DNA of 64,000 nt, taken from Parcubacteria group bacterium GW2011_GWA2_42_14. Its GTDB lineage: Bacteria > Patescibacteriota > Minisyncoccia > Sungbacterales > GWA2-42-14. The stretch spans positions 157-64,156 of the forward strand of contig LCCV01000005.1 in NCBI GenBank assembly GCA_000998135.1, in the 5' to 3' direction. Below the pieces are notes generated by a model. It did not search any database and had not been told where the DNA came from. It saw nothing but the letters and a program-made list of their open reading frames with translations. Positions 48,964 to 59,312 of the stretch are shown piece after piece. Positions within the stretch are counted from its first letter, which is position 1. Every line of letters begins with the position of its first letter. The position numbers were made by a program, and so were the translations under genes.

Positions 48964-50070
48964 CTATACGATTGACAGCATGCGCTCAATCGGTTTTCTG
49001 GCACGTTCCGCAAGATCGCGGTCAACGGTAATTTCATACTTAAGGTCGCGAAGCGACTCATACACTCCGCGAAGCGTATTTTGTTTCATAAAAGCGCATA
49101 CTGCTTCGGGATTTGCCGGAATAAGCTTTTTTTCCGGAGCGGCTTTTGACATCGGATGGATATTACCGATTTCGGTTGCCACGATTACCGTTTGTTCAGG
49201 GGTTTCCCTGACAAACTTAATCATGCCCTGGGTTGAACGAAACTGCATCATCTCTTCCGGCACCATGCCGCTCGCAATCTGGCGCATGCACGCGGACGTG
49301 CATCCGCACTCGGGATGAATAACCGCGGCGGCCCCGGGATGAAGCCTACGCTGTTCCTCAACATGATGCGGCTTGATGCGGTCGTGCACATGGCAGGCCC
49401 CCATCATAAGAAACAAGCGGTCAAGCGGCTCGCCCATTTTCTCAAGAAGTTTTGCGGCATAAAACCCGAGATACACATCCGGCAGAAAAAGAATCGGACG
49501 GCCGGGTTCATGTTCAATCACGTATTTTATGACCTTCGCGGAATTTGCCGAAGCGCAGCAATAATCGCTTTCCGCTTTCACGTCAACATAGGTATTAACA
49601 TAACTTATCACAACCCCATCGCTGTGTTCACGCTTCCAGGCGCGGATTTTATTGACATCCGCATGCGCGGCAAGAGAACAAAGCGCTTCCAAACTCGGCG
49701 CAAGAACTTTCTGGTGCGGCCGCGCCATTATCGCCAAAATCTGATTCATGAAAAGCACTGCGGCTTCGCACAATACATCGGCATCCGAAGCCGTGCCCTG
49801 CTGGGCAAGATACAATGAATCGCCGATTGCATCGGCAACATCCTGCACGTCAGGCGGCATGTAATTATGAGCAAGAATCAGGGCATTTCGTTCTTTCTTA
49901 AGCCGCGCTATTTCGGCCCGCAAAAATTCACGCTCTTCCCGGGAAATATTTTCGGGAAACGCGCTCGCGGGAATCAACGGAACTTCAATAGGAGGGCTTA
50001 AATCAACCTCATCCATTAACGCGATTGCTTCACGCGCGGGAAAAATATCGCCGGCCATCACGTCTTTCAT
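48964..50070 (-). CDS. nadA: Quinolinate synthase
   Basis: LAHNY, GDSL, CSLA, YVNT, CHVH, HPEC, TE, C..MK. Confidence 0.95.
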   Translation of the reverse strand: MKDVMAGDIFPAREAIALMDEVDLSPPIEVPLIPASAFPENISREEREFLRAEIARLKKERNALILAHNYMPPDVQDVADAIGDSLYLAQQGTASDADVLCEAAVLFMNQILAIMARPHQKVLAPSLEALCSLAAHADVNKIRAWKREHSDGVVISYVNTYVDVKAESDYCCASANSAKVIKYVIEHEPGRPILFLPDVYLGFYAAKLLEKMGEPLDRLFLMMGACHVHDRIKPHHVEEQRRLHPGAAAVIHPECGCTSACMRQIASGMVPEEMMQFRSTQGMIKFVRETPEQTVIVATEIGNIHPMSKAAPEKKLIPANPEAVCAFMKQNTLRGVYESLRDLKYEITVDRDLAERARKPIERMLSIV

Positions 50071-51440
50071 TATTTTTCCTCCTTTTTCCGGGTTCCGAGG
50101 TCTTTTTCAAACGTTTCGTAATCGAAATAATATTTTCCCCGGAAAAACTTTACTATTTGTTCCGCATCGCGCTTGCCGTTTCTAATGCATACCGAAGCTC
50201 CCGGAGAAGGGGTGGTGTTAAAAATACAATTTTCTCCCACAATCGTCTTATCACCCATCTCGAGTTCCCCCGTATCAAGATTGACAATCTGCGGACGGAT
50301 TCCGCCAACGCCCTTGCGGATTTTAAGGTCAGCGTAACGGATAGTCGGAATAATGACCCGCGCTTCCCGCAAAAAGAAGAATTTCCCGACAACCGGCAAA
50401 CTATAAACCATATTCCTGAATACATAGCCAAAGAGATTATTCTTACAGATAATTTTCGCAAGGCACCATGCCCCGCGCAAAGAAACAATCGGCAATCTTA
50501 TAAAATCAAAAAATGTCTCATAGTGATGGCGCTCCATCAGCGGAAGCGGTTTGGTGGTGGGGCCGAATCTTGTAACTCTTTGATTCAAAACATCCGGGTC
50601 GGCGTGAATTTCGGCAAACGGCCTTCCTTCAACCTGCACCCGGTAAACTTTCCCGTTAACCAATTCGGGTGCGGAAAAGAAATCTCCGGCAACCAACAAA
50701 AGGCCCAAATTCAATCCATATCCGAGTTCTTGCGCAAAAAGCAGACTGTAGGAACCGGCGGCAAAAACAATCGCCTCCGCAACGAATACTCCATCATTTG
50801 TTTCAAGAACATAAACGCCGCCTTCTCTTCGAACGGATTGCACTTTCACATTAAAGAAAACATCAAGATTTTTGTTAACCATTTTTGCGTCGTCAAGAAG
50901 AGACTCGGAAAGTTTCTTATAATCTACGGCATAACCTTCACTCGAAACCATGGCGCATACCGGCTCGTCCGGGTTGCGTCCTTTCATGACCATCGGCTCT
51001 AGAGTAGCAAGTTCTTCCGGGCCGATAAGACGAATGTCTTCATAATACGGGCTGAATTTTTCAAACCTGTTTTTAACTCTTTTGACTTCACCCGCTCCGA
51101 CAGCCAGCACCATCCGGTGTGTTTTTTTAAAAAGGCCTTTGTCCTTTCGCGCCTCCACATAACATCTTAAGGCAACAGCTCCGACTTTAACCTCAAGCGC
51201 GTGGGCAAGACCGTAATTTGTTTCAGTTCCGCCGTCATGTGATGTTTGAGCATTGTTGAGCGGATGAGAATTAACTTCGGCCGCGCCGGAATTCTTCTCG
51301 AGAAGAGCTATCTTTTTTCCGGTGGAGTGGTCCGCCGAAGATTTAACATAAGCGCTTAAAACATAAGCTAACGCCGTACCTGTTACCCCGCCACCCACGA
51401 TAATAACATCAAAAACTTTGGATTCTTCCGCTTTTTTCAT
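50070..51440 (-). CDS. FAD-dependent oxidoreductase resembling Helicobacter-type malate:quinone oxidoreductase
   Basis: GGGVTG, VNS...NNAQT.H.G..ETNY, HADPD, RFGPT, GGIRPQ, TPSPGAS; TAATG-coupled to nadA. Confidence 0.75.
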   Translation of the reverse strand: MKKAEESKVFDVIIVGGGVTGTALAYVLSAYVKSSADHSTGKKIALLEKNSGAAEVNSHPLNNAQTSHDGGTETNYGLAHALEVKVGAVALRCYVEARKDKGLFKKTHRMVLAVGAGEVKRVKNRFEKFSPYYEDIRLIGPEELATLEPMVMKGRNPDEPVCAMVSSEGYAVDYKKLSESLLDDAKMVNKNLDVFFNVKVQSVRREGGVYVLETNDGVFVAEAIVFAAGSYSLLFAQELGYGLNLGLLLVAGDFFSAPELVNGKVYRVQVEGRPFAEIHADPDVLNQRVTRFGPTTKPLPLMERHHYETFFDFIRLPIVSLRGAWCLAKIICKNNLFGYVFRNMVYSLPVVGKFFFLREARVIIPTIRYADLKIRKGVGGIRPQIVNLDTGELEMGDKTIVGENCIFNTTPSPGASVCIRNGKRDAEQIVKFFRGKYYFDYETFEKDLGTRKKEEK

Positions 51441-51496
51441 TTTTCAAAGACCTCCTGCCGTACCCGATCACGCTATAAGCGCGATTTAGGGCCGAC

Positions 51497-51550
51497 TTAG
51501 TGTATATCTTACACTAATTATATTATACTCCCGCCCCATATCCGTGTCAA
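51497..51550 (-). promoter_or_regulatory. Sigma70 promoter with NrtR-like operator
   Basis: Minus strand TTGACA(51545-50)-17-TATAAT(51522-27); palindrome TTAGTGTATATCTTACACTAA at 51497-51517 (GT-N7-AC core). Confidence 0.8.
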
Positions 51551-51716
51551 GTAGAAGTAGATAGATAAAAACAAAAAACCGCCCCTAGACCGACTCCGCT
51601 ATATGTGGAGTCTATGTCGGGCGGTTCAATTGTAAAAATTTATTCTCCTTCGCCGAATACCGACCGGCTTGCTGGTCGGAGCTTCATCTTAAATCGGCAA
51701 ATACGAAAGGCCATTT

Positions 51717-52784
51717 TCACTCGCCATCCGGCAAATCCCTGACCGCATCAACTAATTTATCCGCCAAAGATACAATATTTTCATAATCTTCAAGCTCCCG
51801 CTTCCACTCATCGGGAATTCCGCTTAAACCTACTCTGGTTCCGACCAAAGCTCCGGTCATAGCCGCGATGGTATCGGTATCGCCTCCGGCATTGGCTCCG
51901 GCAAGGACCGCCGAACGAAAATCATCCTGATATTTAATGGCATAAGCCAACGCAGTCGGAAAACTTTCATAAACTGCTCCGCCAGTCTTTAAAACATCCG
52001 CAATTAATTCATCTGTGGCTCCAAGCAATGGGGGAATTTTTGCAAGAATTTCTGAAATTTTTGGCGTGCCGTCCTTAACGTAAGGTATTTTAATAACCAA
52101 ATCTTCATAATATTTTGCCTGCTCATATATCCAGGAAAAATTATCTTCGTTTCTTAAATCCCAGCCAAATAAAAACAAACCGGCAATATGCGCTTGCAAC
52201 ATCGCTCCGACAACGGAACGCGAATCATTGTGCGTAAGCATGGAAACCATGATTACTAATTCTTCTTCATCGTATTCGCCAAAATCTTTATTAAAGAGCG
52301 CGCCAAGATCGGAAAATATCCCAAGTATGGCGCTTTTCATGGCGCAGCCGTTGCCAGGACGCGTTGGAAATCTTCCATCAAAAGGATTATTACCTTCCAT
52401 ACGCGCAGTTAATGATTCGCGCGTAGTTTTCCCAAATCCGCGTTTTTGATGTTCCTCGAGCGCTTGGATATAATTTACAAACATTGCCAAGCCAACTACG
52501 TATAAATTCCCAAAAGCATTGCTTTTTACCGACTCAATCAATCCGCCGACAGTAGCAATAGTTAATTTCGTATCATCGGTCCACTGGCCCTTGGCAAGTC
52601 CTCGTGAAAAACGCGATTGCGAATCGCAAAAACCGATAATTCTGCCAAAATTCTTCAGAATATCCTGGCGGGTCATTCCTTCGGAAGGCATGCCTAATGC
52701 ATCACCAACAGCAATGCCAACCAGGCATCCTCTTACCGAATCACGAATTCCGACAAGATTGTCTTTTTCCGCATTTTTTGCCAT
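51717..52784 (-). CDS. ADP-ribosylglycohydrolase (DraG/ARH family)
   Basis: GDALG, WTDDT, GNG.AM, TH, GGDTDT..AM.G. Confidence 0.93.
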   Translation of the reverse strand: MAKNAEKDNLVGIRDSVRGCLVGIAVGDALGMPSEGMTRQDILKNFGRIIGFCDSQSRFSRGLAKGQWTDDTKLTIATVGGLIESVKSNAFGNLYVVGLAMFVNYIQALEEHQKRGFGKTTRESLTARMEGNNPFDGRFPTRPGNGCAMKSAILGIFSDLGALFNKDFGEYDEEELVIMVSMLTHNDSRSVVGAMLQAHIAGLFLFGWDLRNEDNFSWIYEQAKYYEDLVIKIPYVKDGTPKISEILAKIPPLLGATDELIADVLKTGGAVYESFPTALAYAIKYQDDFRSAVLAGANAGGDTDTIAAMTGALVGTRVGLSGIPDEWKRELEDYENIVSLADKLVDAVRDLPDGE

Positions 52785-52798
52785 TTTCAAAGACCAGT

Positions 52799-52819
52799 TT
52801 GGTTTATATCTTACACTAA
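52799..52819. promoter_or_regulatory. Second NrtR-like operator
   Basis: TTGGTTTATATCTTACACTAA, 19/21 identical to the 51497 site, in the divergent draG/HD-CitG promoter region. Confidence 0.75.
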
Positions 52820-52889
52820 TTAAATTATACTCTTCAACATTTTTTGTCAACCCATTGCAATTTTGATAAAAGAATGATAAAATAGTAAT

Positions 52890-54428
52890 ATGCCTTACGC
52901 TATAAAGGAAACGAGGACTGCTGTGTCTAAAACCGAATCACTTCTCTATCAGACGTTCAGTCGCTTAAATATCGGAATGCCTGAACAAACTTCGATTCTC
53001 TTGTATCTTGACATCATTAAACGCAGAGACCCCGCAACATATTTTCACTCACTTCGCGTCGGAATTCTGGGTTCAAGTATGGCAAACCACCTCTCACTCA
53101 ATCCTAAGCCCCTTTTCTATGCAGGACTTCTCCATGATATCGGAAAAGCGCTAATAGACCCACATATATTAAGAAAAACAAAGGGATTTAATAAAAAAGA
53201 TTTTGAAGAAATTAAACCTCACCCGCTATATGGTTATTTTATGCTTCGCGACATCCACGATTTTTCTGCAGAAATTTTACTTCGTCATCACCGATTTGGC
53301 CATCACCCCTATCCTAAAAAATTACCAAAGTCTTCAGCGCCATATGGTAAAAAAACGAAAAAACTTATTGAAAAATATGCCCGTCTCCTGGCCCTGGCCG
53401 ACTTTTATGACGCTCTAACAACAAGAAAAAACGATAAATTCGGGAAACAGCATATTCGTCCAGGAGAAATAAAAAATATTCTTATTTTTTACAATAGGGA
53501 CGTGCAGGGAATCATTGAAGAATTATTCCGGAAAGGTATATTTACGGAAATACCCTCTTCCGTTTTTGCAAAAAAGGAAATTCTTCCTTATCTTTCTCTC
53601 AACGAAGAGATTAAAAATATTCTTTTGTCTGCAGAACATTCTTTGAATTTATCGGAAAGAATTGCTCGTAACGTTGCTTTAGCAGCCGCACTTGAACCAA
53701 TCCCCGATAAACCGGGTGCTACCACCCGCCTTCAAGACATAAAGGAATCAAAAACTTTAGAAATGTTTGTAAGCGGGGGTGTCAATATCGGCTTGGCATT
53801 CTCCCACCTTGCCGACTACATTCAAAAACACAGAACAGCCGAGAGTTCATATCAATTTTGCTATCAAGCAATGGCGCTTAGCAAAATACGAAGGGCCGGC
53901 GGAAAAATAAATCAAGGAATCATTGAATTTTTATTTCCCATCGCAATCGCACAATCAATGCATGATCCAGATTCCAGAAAAAACATTTTATGGATTCTTG
54001 AAAAAACGAAAGATGTACTTAAAGATACAACACCAGCAGACGTTGCCTGGCTAATCAAAATGAAAAGGTTGGGAAATCGGCTAAGCGCAGTTGAACATAA
54101 GTATCCGGTAAAAGTGCGCAATACTAGTAATGTCTTTAACTATTATTACCAGGAGCTTCGAGATGAGGAAAAGAAAAGAAATACTGCCGGCATAATACAC
54201 AATCGCCAATTTGTCCTCGTCTATCCTGACGTAAAACGAGGGCTCGATGCTTTTCTAAAAAGCAAAGAGCCGAAATTCGCAAAAAGGGTTATTGAGGCTT
54301 ACGAAGCCATAAGAAACAACCCGAACAACATGCGCATTGGGCCGGGACTTGCTTCAGACTTTATTGCCATTATTCTTTATCTTGTATTTTCTTACTCCGC
54401 ATCACCAATTGAGGAAATCATAAATTAA
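52890..54428 (+). CDS. HD-GYP-like phosphohydrolase fused to CitG-like domain
   Basis: HSLRV, LLHDIGK, HH, ADFYDAL; C-half LE...KPG..TR, INQGII, GPG.ASD resembling CitG. Confidence 0.65.
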   Translation: MPYAIKETRTAVSKTESLLYQTFSRLNIGMPEQTSILLYLDIIKRRDPATYFHSLRVGILGSSMANHLSLNPKPLFYAGLLHDIGKALIDPHILRKTKGFNKKDFEEIKPHPLYGYFMLRDIHDFSAEILLRHHRFGHHPYPKKLPKSSAPYGKKTKKLIEKYARLLALADFYDALTTRKNDKFGKQHIRPGEIKNILIFYNRDVQGIIEELFRKGIFTEIPSSVFAKKEILPYLSLNEEIKNILLSAEHSLNLSERIARNVALAAALEPIPDKPGATTRLQDIKESKTLEMFVSGGVNIGLAFSHLADYIQKHRTAESSYQFCYQAMALSKIRRAGGKINQGIIEFLFPIAIAQSMHDPDSRKNILWILEKTKDVLKDTTPADVAWLIKMKRLGNRLSAVEHKYPVKVRNTSNVFNYYYQELRDEEKKRNTAGIIHNRQFVLVYPDVKRGLDAFLKSKEPKFAKRVIEAYEAIRNNPNNMRIGPGLASDFIAIILYLVFSYSASPIEEIIN

Positions 54429-54514
54429 AAATGCTACAGGTAATATGCAGCGTTTTATATTTGGATAATTAATGCTATATCCGTACAAAAAAACCTATGC
54501 TATAATTTTTGTAT

Positions 54515-55387
54515 ATGTCTAAAACACCTTTTAAAAAAATATCCTTTTATTACCGCGGCTCCAACCCGAGAGCGCCCGTCTGGGAAAAACGCATAAAATC
54601 ATGGATTAAAAAGCGCTATCCGGAAACTATTTTTCTTGAAACCGGCATTTTCCCCAAACAAAAAAAAGATGCTCCCAATCTACTTATCGTTCTTGGCGGA
54701 GACGGCACCATTCTTGAGGCCAGCCAAAAATATCAAAAATGGAATTCTCTTATTTTCGGCCTTAATTTAGGCCATGTCGGTTTTTTAGCTTCAGTCCGGG
54801 AACCGAAAAATTTTCTTTCCGGAATTTCCAAAATTTTCAAAAAAAAGTACCGCGCTCTTCCCCGCATGCTTATCAAAGCCGTTATTTACCGGAAAAATAA
54901 AAAAATATTTTCGGCTTATGCCTTAAATGACGTTGCCGTGCAAAACCTTCTAGGAATGGTTGACATAGAAGTTTTTGTTGATAACCATCCGGTGCAGTAT
55001 ATTCACGGCACGGGAGTATTAATTGCCACCGCTACCGGAACAACCGCTTACAATCTTTCAGCCCACGGCCCCATTGTCATGCCGGATATAAAGTGTCTTA
55101 TTATTACGGAGCTTTTGGACCATAATATCCCGACTCCAAGCTTAATTATAAAAAGAAACAGGAATATAATTTTAAAAATAAAGGATTTCAGAAAACAAAA
55201 TCGTTTCATTATTAAAAAAACCGGCGAAACGGCAGATGTCGTCCTAACCACGGATACGGAAAATATAATCTCCCTGCAAAAAGGAGATAAAATAATCATC
55301 AGGCGCTCGGAAAGACTGGTGCGATTCGCCGAACTTGAAAAAAACTACTTTTTCAAAAGCTTGCAGGAAAAATTCGCTTTCCGCTAG
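54515..55387 (+). CDS. nadK: NAD kinase
   Basis: LGGDGT, NLGHVGFL, LND, TGTTAYNLSAHGP. Confidence 0.93.
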   Translation: MSKTPFKKISFYYRGSNPRAPVWEKRIKSWIKKRYPETIFLETGIFPKQKKDAPNLLIVLGGDGTILEASQKYQKWNSLIFGLNLGHVGFLASVREPKNFLSGISKIFKKKYRALPRMLIKAVIYRKNKKIFSAYALNDVAVQNLLGMVDIEVFVDNHPVQYIHGTGVLIATATGTTAYNLSAHGPIVMPDIKCLIITELLDHNIPTPSLIIKRNRNIILKIKDFRKQNRFIIKKTGETADVVLTTDTENIISLQKGDKIIIRRSERLVRFAELEKNYFFKSLQEKFAFR

Positions 55388-55442
55388 AGTAATCGCGAAT
55401 ATACGAATTTCTTTTCAATATACAAATATACGAATACATAAA

Positions 55443-55466
55443 AATAGGCCCTGCGGCCTGTTTTTA
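55443..55466. terminator. Bidirectional intrinsic terminator between nadK and ABC gene
   Basis: AAATAGGCC-CTGC-GGCCTGTTTTT between convergent genes. Confidence 0.6.
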
Positions 55467-55470
55467 AAAA

Positions 55471-57225
55471 TTATTTACTGAATTGCATGGAATAAAGTTT
55501 TTGATACGTCGGGCTTTTTTTAAGCAATTCCTCATGCTTGCCCATTGCTTCCAATTCTCCTCCGCGAAAAACCAAAATCATATCCGCCCCAAGAATAGTA
55601 GAAAGACGATGAGCGACAATAAATGTCGTCCTGTCTTTAATAAGGGCATCAGTTGCTTTAGCAATCAATCGTTCGCTTTCCGTATCCAGATGGCTCGTGG
55701 CTTCATCCAAAATCAAAATAGAAGGGTCGCGAAGGATTGCGCGGGCAATGCCGATTCTCTGGCGTTCTCCTCCGGATAATTTAATTCCCCGTTCTCCGAC
55801 AAGCGTATCATATCCATGTTCCGTATTGACGATAAAATCATGGGATAAAGCTGTTTTGGCCGCCCTAATAACGTCTTCTTTATCAACTTCCCGTTTGCCG
55901 TAAGCGATATTCTCAAAAATCGTCCTGGAAAAAAGGTCAACTTCCTGCGGCACTACGGCAATCTGGCTCAAAAGGCTTTCTCTGGTAACGTTTCTCAAGT
56001 CGTTTCCGTCTATTAAGACCGAGCCGATTTCCGGGTCAAAAGAACGCAATAAAAGATTTACGAAAGTGGTTTTTCCGGAGCCGCTCCTCCCCACCAACGC
56101 CACCGTGCTTCCGGCGGGTATCGTCGCGTTCACGTTGTTCAATGCCCAGCGCCTTTTTTCCGAATAACGGAATGAAACATTTTTGAATTCAACCGAATCC
56201 TTATGCGCTGTCAGATTTTTTGCTCCCGGCCTGTCAACAATCAAAACCGGCTCATCAAGAACGGTAAAAAGCCTTTCCACGCGGGCGGTATTCCTGCGAA
56301 GCCGCGGAAAAACATGGGAAAGCTGGGCCATGGGCGCGTAAGCCATTCCATGCAAGGTAATATAAAGCACGAATTCACCGATACTGCTTTTTCCCCAAAC
56401 CACCAAAAAACCGCCGACAAGTATTATCCCAATCCTTGAAAGCGTGGAAATAAACGTCTGAATATTGCCCATAACACTCCATAATCTTTCGGCGCTGTAC
56501 TGAACCTCGCGAAATTCACGAAGCAGGCGGGATTGGTTTATTGCTTCCTCTTCTTCCTGAAAAAATTTCTTTACCGTAAAAATATTGGCGGCCACGTCAT
56601 AGGATTCTTTGGTTACCGCTTCATATTTGTCGTTGGCCTGTTTTTCAATTTCATAAATCTTCTCGGTAATTCTTTTGACACTCAAGATATATACGGGCAA
56701 GGGCAAAAACACCACTAACGCGATCCACGCGTTTTTATACAAAAGCACTGTCATAACTCCGACAAAAACAATAAGCGGCGGCAAAAGATTATGGCCGAAA
56801 ATATCATGCAGAATAGCGTAAACGGCAGTAGCGCCCCTTTCAAGCCTTCCGATAATCTGGCCGCTGGATGACCCGTGATGGAATAGAACATGAAGCTTCA
56901 CATATTTCTCAAAAACCCTGCGCCGCAAATCATCTTCAATCTGAGTAACATTTTTAAACAGATTATAATCGTATAAAGAACGCATAATACTGCTCATAAG
57001 TGTTGCTACCAGGATGCCCAAGGCGGAAAAAATCAACATTTTTATCGGCGGAACTCCCCCGTCCTTAAAAAATTCAATCAGCTTATCAATAAGCTTTTGG
57101 GAAATAAACGGCACGGTAATATCAAAACCGGAAGAAACCATGACCAGCAAAAACAAAAAACCGACCTCCTTTTTTCTGGCCTTAAGCAATTTTATAACTC
57201 TTATTATTGGGTTTTTTTTAGCCAT
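55471..57225 (-). CDS. ABC exporter, fused permease/ATPase (MsbA-like)
   Basis: GRSGSGKT, LSGGERQR, LDEATS, AHRLST; TM N-half. Confidence 0.95.
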   Translation of the reverse strand: MAKKNPIIRVIKLLKARKKEVGFLFLLVMVSSGFDITVPFISQKLIDKLIEFFKDGGVPPIKMLIFSALGILVATLMSSIMRSLYDYNLFKNVTQIEDDLRRRVFEKYVKLHVLFHHGSSSGQIIGRLERGATAVYAILHDIFGHNLLPPLIVFVGVMTVLLYKNAWIALVVFLPLPVYILSVKRITEKIYEIEKQANDKYEAVTKESYDVAANIFTVKKFFQEEEEAINQSRLLREFREVQYSAERLWSVMGNIQTFISTLSRIGIILVGGFLVVWGKSSIGEFVLYITLHGMAYAPMAQLSHVFPRLRRNTARVERLFTVLDEPVLIVDRPGAKNLTAHKDSVEFKNVSFRYSEKRRWALNNVNATIPAGSTVALVGRSGSGKTTFVNLLLRSFDPEIGSVLIDGNDLRNVTRESLLSQIAVVPQEVDLFSRTIFENIAYGKREVDKEDVIRAAKTALSHDFIVNTEHGYDTLVGERGIKLSGGERQRIGIARAILRDPSILILDEATSHLDTESERLIAKATDALIKDRTTFIVAHRLSTILGADMILVFRGGELEAMGKHEELLKKSPTYQKLYSMQFSK

Positions 57226-57355
57226 ACGCCTTTTAACTAAAAACTGTAAAAGTACTTGCTATTTTATATTTGCACTAATCGGCGAACTTGTCAATACTTT
57301 ATATTTATGTTATATTAATAACTACTTGCGCTTGATAAACGCGCTGGTAAGAACT

Positions 57356-58231
57356 TTGAAAATTCAAACTTTCAGCATTATCGCGGGAAGCGAGGCCTGC
57401 AATGCCCGTTGTCCTTTCTGTATTTCCAAAATGACTCCTGCTTTGAGCGTTGAACTATCTGAACCCAAAGTTAACTGGAAAAAATTCAAGACCGCCTGCC
57501 GCGTTGCTAAAAATTACGGGACTCATACCGCCATGTTTACCGGCAAAGGAGAACCGACGCTATTCCCCAAACAAATAACAAAATTTCTTGATGAAATGGC
57601 GGAATTTAATTTCGCGCCGATTGAACTCCAAACCAACGGAATTTTGATTGCGGAAAAACCGGAAATTTATTCCTCCCACCTTAAAGAATGGTATGCTCGC
57701 GGCCTGACCACCATTGCCATATCAATAACGCACTACGAACCGGGAAAAAACCGGAAAGTTTACCTGCCGCATAAAAAACAATACATTGACCTGCCCGCCT
57801 TGATTAAAACGCTTCACGAACATGAATTTTCGGTACGCCTTACCTGCATCCTTGCCAATGATTTCATTGACAGCAAAGAAAAAATTGAAAACCTCATGGC
57901 TTTCGCCAAAGAAAACGAGGTTGAACAGCTGACCTTAACACCGGTAAACAAGCCCGAAGAAAGCGAAAATTACGCGGTATGGAATTGGACCAACCAGCAC
58001 CACCTTTCCGAAAAGCAGAAAAAAGAAATTTTTGATTATATCGAAGAAAACGGCAACCGCGTACTGCGTCTTTCACACGGAGCAATTGTTTTTGACGTTA
58101 AAGGCCAAAATGTCTGCCTTAATAACTGCCTTTCTGTAAATCCGAATTCCGAAGAATTGCGAAACTTAATTTTCTTTCCGGACGGCCATCTGCGATATTA
58201 CTGGCAATATCCGGGAGCAATAATTATGTAA
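57356..58231 (+). CDS. Radical SAM protein
   Basis: CNARCPFC, TGKGEP, QTNG; likely TTG start. Confidence 0.85.
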   Translation: MKIQTFSIIAGSEACNARCPFCISKMTPALSVELSEPKVNWKKFKTACRVAKNYGTHTAMFTGKGEPTLFPKQITKFLDEMAEFNFAPIELQTNGILIAEKPEIYSSHLKEWYARGLTTIAISITHYEPGKNRKVYLPHKKQYIDLPALIKTLHEHEFSVRLTCILANDFIDSKEKIENLMAFAKENEVEQLTLTPVNKPEESENYAVWNWTNQHHLSEKQKKEIFDYIEENGNRVLRLSHGAIVFDVKGQNVCLNNCLSVNPNSEELRNLIFFPDGHLRYYWQYPGAIIM

Positions 58232-58307
58232 CATTGAATTACGAAATACAATTTCAGAAGATATCAGCGTTCTAAATTAAAAAAGGCCGAGTAATCGGCC
58301 GATTTTT

Positions 58308-59312
58308 TTATTCTTCGCCTTTTTCTAATTCAACGGGCAACATACATTCTTCCGGTCTCTTGTCTTCGCGAGGCCGCATGAACACGGGATGGCGAAGCGA
58401 GCCCGACGCAAAACGCTCTTCAAATTTTACCTGAACAACAAGCGGATAATTTTTTCGAGTAAAATCTTCTCGCTCATCATCGGTAAATCCGATACCCACC
58501 TCGCCGCAATTAATTTCTTTTTCGGTTTTGGAATCAATCTGCAAAAGATAAAGCTTGCCCATACGGTTCTTATTCTTTCCGCTTCCTTTTTCCCATTTCC
58601 TCACAATAAAATCATCTTCCTTAAACGGCTTCCATTTCCAGCATCCTTCAGGACGAGGCGGCTGATTGGATTTTCCGTCAAGGCGGAAAGCCGACGGCTT
58701 TGTCTTGTCATACAAAACCAAACCTTCCCATTTCTTTTCCTTAACAAGATTTTTTGCTTTTTCAAATGAACATCCGAGAATTTCCACCGGCTGTATATAA
58801 TAAGTCCTGAAATCAAGCTTGGCAAATAAATTCTTAATCAAATCAAAACGTTTCTGGTGGGTTTCTAAAGATACAACTTTCCCGCCAAAAACCACAACCC
58901 CAAAAACCATAGCAACCGCAAATCCGATTTCTTCCTGAAGTTTAACTGCCGCCGAATTGCCCGATTTGGCAATTCTTGTAAATTTCTCAAATTCATCCTT
59001 ACCGCAGTTGTCAAAAAGCATCTCTACGCACAAAAGAAACGGAGAAGGAATTTCCATTAAAGAAATTTCCTGAACTATATGGGGGTATTTTGCCGTAACA
59101 TCTTTAATGCCGCGAGTATAAATTTTTATTGAAGAATTTCGCCCCGCAATAAGATGGCAATAGCCGTTGCGCTTCCTCGTGACAATAAGGTTTCCGGATG
59201 TTTCCAGATTTAAAACCTTGGATTCCTCAACACTATTTTTCGGCTTAGCCGGAACAAAATTCGGGTCAAGAGGGGCAAGCGAAAATGGCAAACCAGAAGC
59301 TTTTTCGGACAA
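58308..59312 (-). CDS. ATP-dependent DNA ligase-like (minimal adenylation + OB)
   Basis: KRNG (KxDG variant), EGLVL, WKWK, GIGF, LRHPVF...REDK. Confidence 0.8.
   Translation of the reverse strand: MSEKASGLPFSLAPLDPNFVPAKPKNSVEESKVLNLETSGNLIVTRKRNGYCHLIAGRNSSIKIYTRGIKDVTAKYPHIVQEISLMEIPSPFLLCVEMLFDNCGKDEFEKFTRIAKSGNSAAVKLQEEIGFAVAMVFGVVVFGGKVVSLETHQKRFDLIKNLFAKLDFRTYYIQPVEILGCSFEKAKNLVKEKKWEGLVLYDKTKPSAFRLDGKSNQPPRPEGCWKWKPFKEDDFIVRKWEKGSGKNKNRMGKLYLLQIDSKTEKEINCGEVGIGFTDDEREDFTRKNYPLVVQVKFEERFASGSLRHPVFMRPREDKRPEECMLPVELEKGEE

Noticed and set aside
50025-51002. Long antisense ORFs (50025-51002, 62408-63268, 45418-46266) and the 5' extension 57014-57355
   Set aside because: Shadows of well-supported genes on the opposite strand, without motifs.
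57356-58231. Radical SAM as prokaryotic viperin
   Set aside because: Only generic CxxxCxxC and GEP motifs are visible; viperin-specific residues cannot be confirmed by eye.
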